A DNA stretch of 12,061 bases from Armatimonadota bacterium. Lineage in GTDB: Bacteria > Armatimonadota > SYMT01. The number at the start of each line of letters is the position of its first letter. Positions within the stretch are counted from its first letter, which is position 1. The stretch is taken from assembly GCA_046292385.1 (NCBI GenBank), contig JBKBRF010000084.1:1-12061 (forward strand). Direction: 5' to 3'. Shown here one piece after another: positions 1-5,961 of this stretch. Under the pieces are notes generated by a model, which was not told the origin of the DNA, ran no database searches, and was given only the letters and a program-made list of their open reading frames with translations. The position numbers and the translations under genes were made by a program.

Positions 1-107
1 TAGAGCGTGGGGGACACACCCGTTCCCATCCCGAACACGGCAGTTAAGCCCCACTGCGCCGAGAGTACTGCTCCTTATCAGGAGTGGGAGCGTAGGTCGC
101 CGCCAGA
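1..107 (+). rRNA. rrf: 5S rRNA (5' end about 10 nt outside the window)
   Basis: Contains 5S hallmarks ACCCGTTCCCATCCCGAACACGGCAGTTAAGC, GCGCCGAGAGTACT, GGGAG..TAGG and the 3' helix I arm TCGCCGCCAGA. Confidence 0.97.
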
Positions 108-114
108 ATACTTT

Positions 115-157
115 GCGAGCCCCCACCCTCACCCGGTGGGGGCTCGCCGTTGTTTCC
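115..157 (+). terminator. Intrinsic terminator after the rRNA operon
   Basis: Perfect 13-bp stem GCGAGCCCCCACC (115-127) / GGTGGGGGCTCGC (135-147) with a 7-nt loop, followed by an interrupted T-rich tail CGTTGTTT, 8 nt after the 5S gene. Confidence 0.8.
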
Positions 158-225
158 GAGTTCGAGCCGGATTTCGGCCCGGTCTTCGGCTGCTGAACGA
201 AGCCGTTCGAGTAGATCGGCGGTGA

Positions 226-738
226 TCAGGCGCCGCCCGCGGGACGGTCCTTCATGTACTGCACGGCGTAGGTCATGCCGTCGCGGAGTTCGTGGTGGGT
301 GATGCTCCCGCCCAGCAGCGACGACTGCATCATGCGGTTCAGGTGGCCGACTACTCCAGCGGTGCTGTTGCCGCTGTCGAGCTGGCGCCGGATCTCGTCG
401 TAGAGGGCCTGGCGCCGCTTCGCCGGAATCCCGTGGACCCGGGGCGAAATCCGCGCCATCACCTCGTCCACACTGGCCGCGTCCACTTCTCCGACATGCT
501 CGTCGATAAGCGTAAACGCGCGGGTTTGGTGGTAGTAGGAGATATTGATCTGGTCCGTGGAGCCCCCGGGGGTCTCATAGACCAGGGCGATGTTGGTGAC
601 GGGCTGGTCGCACCCGCTGTCCCACTGGTCGATCCGGCTCCGCAGGTTGCCGTACTCCACCTTCCCCGCGAAAGGGCCGATGCAGTCTTGCAGCCGGGAG
701 CAGAGCTCGCTCAGCTCGGGCGGGGCCTCACCTCGCAT
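226..738 (-). CDS. Hypothetical protein (~170 aa, no recognised family)
   Basis: ORF with globular, protein-like composition. GGAGA RBS (749-753) lies 10 nt before ATG 738; GTG 747 is only 1 nt from the RBS, so is a less likely start. It has its own sigma70-like promoter. Confidence 0.8.
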   Translation of the reverse strand: MRGEAPPELSELCSRLQDCIGPFAGKVEYGNLRSRIDQWDSGCDQPVTNIALVYETPGGSTDQINISYYHQTRAFTLIDEHVGEVDAASVDEVMARISPRVHGIPAKRRQALYDEIRRQLDSGNSTAGVVGHLNRMMQSSLLGGSITHHELRDGMTYAVQYMKDRPAGGA

Positions 739-763
739 CAAACGCACGTCTCCATTGGCACGA

Positions 764-793
764 AGTGTACTTCATCGCTGGAACGGGTGTCAA
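764..793 (-). promoter_or_regulatory. sigma70-type promoter of the 226-738 gene
   Basis: Minus strand TTGACA (793-788), 18-nt spacer, TACACT (769-764), ending about 10 nt upstream of the RBS. Confidence 0.65.
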
Positions 794-852
794 TCCAGGG
801 GGGTGCCCGCCCGCCTGGTGTAGGAGCAGCTTTTGCGCCGGTCGCAAGTCGT

Positions 853-882
853 TGGACGAGACTGGCTTCCGATTCGTATAAT
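853..882 (+). promoter_or_regulatory. Possible sigma70 promoter of the phosphatase-rsmG-kinase unit
   Basis: Perfect TATAAT at 877-882 in GC-rich DNA, with a weak -35 (TGGACG, 853-858) and an 18-nt spacer. Confidence 0.45.
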
Positions 883-910
883 GTCAACCGGCTCCAGGTC
901 TTCAAACTCC

Positions 911-2122
911 ATGCAGGAACCTTCCCCAGAAGCAGTGTCCAGTCCCTCCTCGCGCGAGATCCCGCAGCGTACCAGCATCCTACTGGTAGATGACCACCCG
1001 GGAACGCTCGAGACGCTGGTCGACATGTTCGAAGACGCGGGCTTTCACACCGCCACCGCTTCTACCACCTCGGAGGCTCTGGAGCGCGTTCAGGAGCAGT
1101 TCTTCAACGTGGCGCTGCTCGATATCTGGCTGCCCTCCCGGCGCGGAGCGGAGCCGGACATGCACGGGACCGCGTTGCTGGCGCAGATGCGGGAGCTGCG
1201 GCCGGAAACCAAGTGCATCATGGTCACGGGTGATGCCACCTTCGAAGCGGCCCGGCAGTCTCTGAACGAAGGCGCCTACGCCTACATCCAGAAGCCGTTC
1301 GAGCTGCGCGACGTCGAAGGCACCGTGCGCCGCGCGCTCAAGGAGCAGATGCTCGAGCAGGAGAATCGCAAGCTCCTGGCCGAGCTGCAGGACGTAGCGC
1401 GAACCCTCGCGGAGAGCTTCCAGAGCGAGGCCCCCAACGTGCCGGGGCTCCAGATAGCATTCCGGCTCGTCACCGAGTTCGAGGTGGCGCGCTTCGGCGG
1501 GGACTTCTTCGACTTCATCCCCCTGGGCCGGGACCGCCTGGGCGTGGTGATCGGCGACGTGAGCGGGAAGGGGCTCTCTGCCCACAAGTACGCCGCGATG
1601 GCGAAGTACATGCTGCGCGCCTACGCCAACGAGCATCCCTCTCCGGCTCAGGTGATCCGCAGGCTGAACGACGCGCTCTACCGGCACATGTCGGACGGCA
1701 TGTTCATCACGATGGCGTACGGGGTGCTCGATCTTCAGGATGGCAGCTTCACCTTTACCAACGCCGGGCACCCGCCGCCCGTGGTCTACCATCCGGAGAC
1801 CGCGCAACTCGAGGCGCTCAAGCCGACCGGCGGGATGGTCGGCGCGATCGAAGGGTGGGAGTTCGGGGAGGGCCGCGTCACGCTGCAGCCGGGCAGCGTG
1901 ATCGCTCTCGTCACGGACGGCGTTACCGAAGCGCGAATGGGCGACCGGATGCTTGAGAACGAAGGCGTCCACGAGGTCGTCCGGGAAAACGCCGCGAAGT
2001 CGGCCGAAGAGATCGTCGCCGCGATCAACGCCCGGGCGATGGAGTACGCCGGCGGCGTGCTGAAGGACGACGTCGCCATCGTGGTGCTCAAGAACGCTCC
2101 GAGCGCGCAGTCGGGCTCCTGA
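911..2122 (+). CDS. Response-regulator receiver + SpoIIE/PP2C-family phosphatase (RsbU/RsbY-like)
   Basis: REC motifs LLVDD, LLDIWLP (phosphoacceptor Asp), MVTG, YIQKP; coiled-coil linker; PP2C motifs GGDFFD, IGDVSGKG, NAGHPPP, TDGVTEA, DDVAIVVL. The start is uncertain (881 or 911); 911 was chosen because 881 overlaps the TATAAT. Confidence 0.93.
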   Translation: MQEPSPEAVSSPSSREIPQRTSILLVDDHPGTLETLVDMFEDAGFHTATASTTSEALERVQEQFFNVALLDIWLPSRRGAEPDMHGTALLAQMRELRPETKCIMVTGDATFEAARQSLNEGAYAYIQKPFELRDVEGTVRRALKEQMLEQENRKLLAELQDVARTLAESFQSEAPNVPGLQIAFRLVTEFEVARFGGDFFDFIPLGRDRLGVVIGDVSGKGLSAHKYAAMAKYMLRAYANEHPSPAQVIRRLNDALYRHMSDGMFITMAYGVLDLQDGSFTFTNAGHPPPVVYHPETAQLEALKPTGGMVGAIEGWEFGEGRVTLQPGSVIALVTDGVTEARMGDRMLENEGVHEVVRENAAKSAEEIVAAINARAMEYAGGVLKDDVAIVVLKNAPSAQSGS

Positions 2123-2925
2123 TGTCGGACGAGCCGGCCCTGCTCCCAGGCACGGAGCAGTGGGAGCGCTTCGCCGAGCAGGCGCGCCAGCTTCGGACCG
2201 ACCTCCAGCCGGAGCAAGTCGAGGGGCTGCGGATCTACCTGGAGCTCCTGGTGGAGTGGAACCGCCGCTTCAACCTGACCGCCATCCGGGATCCGGAGGA
2301 GATCCTCACCAAGCATTTCCTCGACTCCCTCTCCTGCGCGGCCGTGGTCGACTTCTCCCAGCGGCGGAGCCTCGTCGACGTAGGAACCGGCGCCGGCTTT
2401 CCGGGGATGGTGCTGAAGATCGTCTTTCCCCACCTGCAGGTCACGCTGCTCGACGCGGTGGAGAAGCGGCTGGCGTTTCTCGACCGGGTGGCCGAGGCGC
2501 TCTCGCTGCGCGACGTCCGGACCGTCCACAGCCGCGCCGAGGATGCCACCGGCACCTGGCGCGCGCCCCAGCGCCGGAGCGAGACGCCGCCCGGAGCGCG
2601 CGAGGTGCCGACCGGCGCGTTGCGAGAGCGGTTCGACGTGGCGACCGCCCGGGCCGTGGCGCGGCTCAACGTGCTGAGCGAGTGGCTGCTCCCGTTCGTT
2701 CGGGTCGGCGGCGTCGCGCTGGCGATGAAGGGCCCCGAAGTCGCGGAGGAGACCGCCGAGGCAGGGCGCGCGATACAACTGCTCGGAGGCGGTGCCGCTG
2801 CCGCCACCGAGCTAACCCTTCCGGGGTCCGACCTTCGCCGCAGCCTGGTGGCGATCCCCAAGGTCCGTCCCACCCCTCGGACCTATCCCCGCCGCGCCGG
2901 CTCGGCGCGAAAATCTCCGTTGTAG
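2122..2925 (+). CDS. rsmG: 16S rRNA m7G527 methyltransferase RsmG (GidB)
   Basis: EWNRRFNLTAI, KHFLDSL, SAM motif DVGTGAGFPG, LLDAVEKR, RAE, ARAVARL, MKG and C-terminal YPRRAG..KSPL. The start overlaps the upstream stop (TGATG). Confidence 0.97.
   Translation: MSDEPALLPGTEQWERFAEQARQLRTDLQPEQVEGLRIYLELLVEWNRRFNLTAIRDPEEILTKHFLDSLSCAAVVDFSQRRSLVDVGTGAGFPGMVLKIVFPHLQVTLLDAVEKRLAFLDRVAEALSLRDVRTVHSRAEDATGTWRAPQRRSETPPGAREVPTGALRERFDVATARAVARLNVLSEWLLPFVRVGGVALAMKGPEVAEETAEAGRAIQLLGGGAAAATELTLPGSDLRRSLVAIPKVRPTPRTYPRRAGSARKSPL
2548..2616. repeat. Intragenic palindromic insertion in rsmG
   Basis: Inverted repeat 2550-2564 / 2596-2610 (14 of 15 paired). Direct repeat ACCGGC at 2548 and 2611, 63 nt apart. 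Coincides with an extra ~19-21 aa loop. Confidence 0.6.
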
Positions 2926-2956
2926 TGTCCCGCCGGTGTTCTGCAGGAGGTTCTGA

Positions 2957-3760
2957 GTGCAGGAGTCTTCGATCGGTACTGACTCTGAGCCGCTCCCGGG
3001 CGAGTCGCCGGCGTTCGTCGAGGAGCACCGCGGCTACCTGCTGGCGCGGTGGCCGGGGACGGCCGGGAGCGGAGCGATCCTGCAGGCCGAGCTGGACCCG
3101 CGGCTCGCCGCCGGCGGCGCGGACCAGCTCGTGCTCGATCTCTCGGGCGCGGAGCAGTGGTCCGCTGCGGATGCGGAGGCGCTGACCGCGGCGATCCGGG
3201 ACGCGCAGCGCCGCGGGTGCGCCGTCTCGCTGGTGCGGTGTCCGGATCAACTCTACCGGCAGCTCCAGCTGTCCGGACTGGAGGGCGGCGTCCGGCACTG
3301 CGGCTCCCTCGGGGCCGCAACCGGTGGGCTCCTGGGGCAGGCTGCCAGCCTGCTGGATCTCTACGTCCGCAGTGCCGCCGACCAGCTCCCGCGCGTCCGC
3401 GCCGTCACCAGCGCGGTGCTTCTCGGCATCATCGGCGATGAGCGGGCGGCGGCGCAGCTCCAGCTCGCGATTGGGGAGGCGGTGACCAACGCGATCCTCC
3501 ACGGCTCGCCCGAGGGCCCCCGCAACCACGTCCGGATCTCGCTCCACGTGGAGCGCGGCGCGCTGGTGGTCGACGTGGCCGACCAGGGTCCCGGCTTCGA
3601 TCCCGACAGACTCCACGCCGCTTCGCCGGAGGAGCTCTCGGAGCACGGTTACGGAGTCGGCATCATGCGCGGCGTGATGGACCGGGTAGAGTTCTTCCGG
3701 GACGAGACCGGCATGCTGGTGCGGCTGACCAAGCTCGTTCCCACCGGGGCGGGCGGCTAG
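2957..3760 (+). CDS. Degenerate STAS domain fused to an RsbW/SpoIIAB-type Ser/Thr kinase (HATPase_c)
   Basis: AGGAGG RBS before GTG. STAS-like LVLDLSG...AIRDAQRRGCAVSLV...LQLSGL. Kinase boxes: N (LAIGEAVTNAILHG), G1 (VADQGPGFD) and G2 (EHGYGVGIMRGVMDRVEF). Confidence 0.88.
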   Translation: MQESSIGTDSEPLPGESPAFVEEHRGYLLARWPGTAGSGAILQAELDPRLAAGGADQLVLDLSGAEQWSAADAEALTAAIRDAQRRGCAVSLVRCPDQLYRQLQLSGLEGGVRHCGSLGAATGGLLGQAASLLDLYVRSAADQLPRVRAVTSAVLLGIIGDERAAAQLQLAIGEAVTNAILHGSPEGPRNHVRISLHVERGALVVDVADQGPGFDPDRLHAASPEELSEHGYGVGIMRGVMDRVEFFRDETGMLVRLTKLVPTGAGG

Positions 3761-4182
3761 AGTCCGGCGCTGCGGGCGAGCTCTTCGATCAGCTCGTCGG
3801 AGAGCTGCTGCTCGTACTGATCCCACCGCTCCCGCGACCAGATCTCCACGCGCGTGCCGGTGCCGACCACAATCACCTCGCGCTGGATGCCGGCGAACTC
3901 GCGCAGCACGCCCGGGAGCGAGAGGCGGCCCTGGCCGTCGAGCGTTACCGTGACGGCGGAGCCGATGAAGTAGCGCTGAAGGGTGAGCAGGCGCTGGTCG
4001 ACCAGCGTTTCCCCGCGCAGGCGGGCGGCCACAGCCTGCCACTCGGCCTCGGGCATCGCCCAGAGACAGCCGCTGGCGCCGCGGGTGACGGTAAAGGAGT
4101 TGCCGAGGGCAGGGACGAACTCGGCCGGCATCTTGAGCCGGCCTTTGTCGTCGACGTGGTAGGGAAAGCTGCCCTGGAACAC
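3757..4182 (-). CDS. mraZ: Transcriptional repressor MraZ
   Basis: 141 aa; MFQGSFPYHVDDKGRL start, two DxxGR AbrB-type repeats (DDKGRL, DGQGRL), and VGTGTRVEIWSRERW. Confidence 0.96.
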   Translation of the reverse strand: MFQGSFPYHVDDKGRLKMPAEFVPALGNSFTVTRGASGCLWAMPEAEWQAVAARLRGETLVDQRLLTLQRYFIGSAVTVTLDGQGRLSLPGVLREFAGIQREVIVVGTGTRVEIWSRERWDQYEQQLSDELIEELARSAGL

Positions 4183-4192
4183 GGCCGTCGCG

Positions 4193-4813
4193 CTACCCGA
4201 CCGCTACCAGCGCGTCCGCATCCCACTCCGGCCGCTCTTCCACGATCTCGGGGACGGGTACCACCGGCACCGTGCGCCCGACCTTGAGGCCGCGGCGGTC
4301 GTGCCGCAGCAGCGCGCGGACGCTCTTCTGCTCGTCGGTATCGGCGTGCGTAGCGGTGCAGCGGGCGCAGTAGGAGAGGTGCAGCGGCTCCCCCGTCTCG
4401 CCCAACTCCACGGTAGCGCGCGTGGCGAACGGGTCGGCCGCGCTGCAGATGCCGCACTGGGGCAGCTCGATCATCTCGCTCCCGGAATCGCTGCAGAGGC
4501 TGCGGATCAGGTGCACGGTCACGTCGCTCAGGTTCCGCTCCACCAGGGAAAAGCTGAACTGCGTCTTCAGCAGCCACTCTACCTTGCCGAAGAGAGCGCC
4601 GTCGTCGTAGCACTGCACGGCGTAGCTCATCAGCGGCCCGTGCGAGATCGGCACGACCTGCGCGAGATGGCCGACCATGTCGAACAACTCGCGGATCTGC
4701 TTCATCTCGCGCTTGTCCCGAGCTTCCGCCAGGAAGATGGCGCGACTTCCCTCCTGCGCGGGGAAGTAGAGCACACGTGAGACTTCTGCCTGTCGGGATC
4801 CGCCCCTTGCCAT
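4193..4813 (-). CDS. Hypothetical protein (206 aa) with putative Zn-binding CxxC-x25-CxxC motif
   Basis: AAAGGTGG RBS before ATG 4813; CGIC (4456-4445) and CARC (4369-4358); stop codon 10 nt before the mraZ start. Confidence 0.85.
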   Translation of the reverse strand: MARGGSRQAEVSRVLYFPAQEGSRAIFLAEARDKREMKQIRELFDMVGHLAQVVPISHGPLMSYAVQCYDDGALFGKVEWLLKTQFSFSLVERNLSDVTVHLIRSLCSDSGSEMIELPQCGICSAADPFATRATVELGETGEPLHLSYCARCTATHADTDEQKSVRALLRHDRRGLKVGRTVPVVPVPEIVEERPEWDADALVAVG

Positions 4814-4915
4814 CTCACACCACCTTTCCGACATCCGTCGGCGCACCCTGGGCCCACCAGCCACCGCGGGAACTCGGCCTTACGACCATTATCGGGTGGA
4901 ACTGGAGCAACTCTC

Positions 4916-4950
4916 CCACATTCTTCCACCACTGGACCACTTTTCACCAC
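4916..4950 (-). promoter_or_regulatory. Putative MraZ operator (phased GTGG boxes)
   Basis: Minus strand GTGGTGAAAAGTGGTCCAGTGGTGGAAGAATGTGG. CCAC on the + strand at 4916, 4926, 4937 and 4947 (spacing 10/11/10), directly downstream of the -10 box. Resembles known MraZ boxes (GTGG[A/T]G in Bacillus, TGGGN in E. coli, AAAGTG[G/T] in mycoplasmas). Confidence 0.8.
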
Positions 4951-4958
4951 TCGAGCGG

Positions 4959-4988
4959 ATTATACCTGCGCCTCATGGCAAGCGTCAA
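4959..4988 (-). promoter_or_regulatory. sigma70 promoter of the hypothetical-mraZ unit
   Basis: Minus strand TTGACG (4988-4983), 18-nt spacer, TATAAT (4964-4959). Confidence 0.82.
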
Positions 4989-4997
4989 CGGCGAAAG

Positions 4998-5204
4998 GGC
5001 GCCTGCCCTGCAGTAAACCGGGCAAGCAAACCAATGGAGGGAGCTCCACCGTGGTGCGTGGATGAGCACGGCAGGCGTCGGGGCCGACGTCTCTGTCGGA
5101 AGCTTCGTCGTGATTCCGGCCAGCTCCTGTTCCGACAAACAGGATTCCTGAGCGACCGAAGTGGCGATCGCCGGATCAGCGGCAACGCTCCGCCGGGGAT
5201 CGCC
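4998..5204. other. Structured intergenic segment (several hairpins), function unknown
   Basis: Stems 4998-5007/5070-5079, 5094-5101/5130-5137, 5125-5131/5138-5144, and 5163-5174/5193-5204 capped by AGCG-GCAA-CGCT. Confidence 0.35.
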
Positions 5205-5252
5205 GTATACTAACCCGATAGCTCGCAGAGCGGGTCGGAGAGGGGATAGGGA

Positions 5253-5939
5253 ATGCAGGGAACACTTCGAACGTGGGGGCTGGCCGGCCTGGCGGCCGCG
5301 GCGTGTGCGCTGGGGCCAGCGATTACCCCGGCAGAATCGGCCGGCAAGACGGCGCGGTTCAACGTCACCACCGTCCAGAAGGCAACCGGGGGCAACGTGA
5401 CGGTCACCAGCCAGGTGTGGATCACGCAGACCCAGGCGCGCATCGAGCTGAAGCACCCGCTCCAGGGAAACAGCACGTGGCTGGTGACCGGCGGCAATCT
5501 CTACCAGTTCAACCACCGGACCAAGCAGGGAATCCGCATACCGCTCCCCGACAAGATCAAGAAGAGTAAAGACAATTTCGACTTCCTCATCAGCCGCTTC
5601 GCCTTCGACGCCAGAGGCGTGCTGAAGAGTGGAAAGAAGCTCCGCACGGAGAATGCGGCCGGCTATCTCTGTGACGTAGTGAAGTCGAGTGAGACGAAGG
5701 GTGAGGCGAGCCGCTCCGTCATGGTGTGGGTGCCGCAGAAGATGCAGCCGAAGTTCCCGGTGAAGGCCGTCGTCGAGATGAAGGTGACCAAGCCGGGCGC
5801 CAACCTGAGCGAGTCGATCAGCGTCGCTCTCTCCAACATCAAGCTGAACGGCGCGATTCCGGCCTCCACTTTCACCCTTCCGAAGGGCTACAAGATCCAG
5901 GACGTGCCCGCGGGCGCGGGCGCGCCCGCCCGGAAGTAG
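5253..5939 (+). CDS. Secreted LolA-fold-like protein (DUF4412 / lipoprotein-carrier-like)
   Basis: Sec-type signal peptide ending AxA (AESA). Beta-rich pattern SQVWI..ARIE, LYQFN..KQG, TENAAGYLCDV, VMVWV, FPVK and NIKLN..IPASTFTLPKGY. GAGGGG/AGGG RBS and TATACT at 5206-5211. Confidence 0.75.
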   Translation: MQGTLRTWGLAGLAAAACALGPAITPAESAGKTARFNVTTVQKATGGNVTVTSQVWITQTQARIELKHPLQGNSTWLVTGGNLYQFNHRTKQGIRIPLPDKIKKSKDNFDFLISRFAFDARGVLKSGKKLRTENAAGYLCDVVKSSETKGEASRSVMVWVPQKMQPKFPVKAVVEMKVTKPGANLSESISVALSNIKLNGAIPASTFTLPKGYKIQDVPAGAGAPARK

Positions 5940-5961
5940 ACTTCCCGAGGAGCCGCCACCG

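Noticed and set aside
7..225. 72-aa + strand ORF
   Set aside because: Overlaps the 5S rRNA and its terminator; spurious.
859..887. Second TTGACA on the minus strand (887-882)
   Set aside because: The matching -10 (CAGTCT) is poor; the site is better explained by the overlapping + strand TATAAT.
4814..4864. Longer GTG start (4864) for the Zn-ribbon ORF
   Set aside because: No RBS at 4864, whereas ATG 4813 has AAAGGTGG at a suitable spacing.
5020..5065. GCAAACC...GG resembling the start of a c-di-GMP-I riboswitch
   Set aside because: Lacks the GNRA-capped P2 and the GACGCAAAG junction; kept only as an unnamed structured region.
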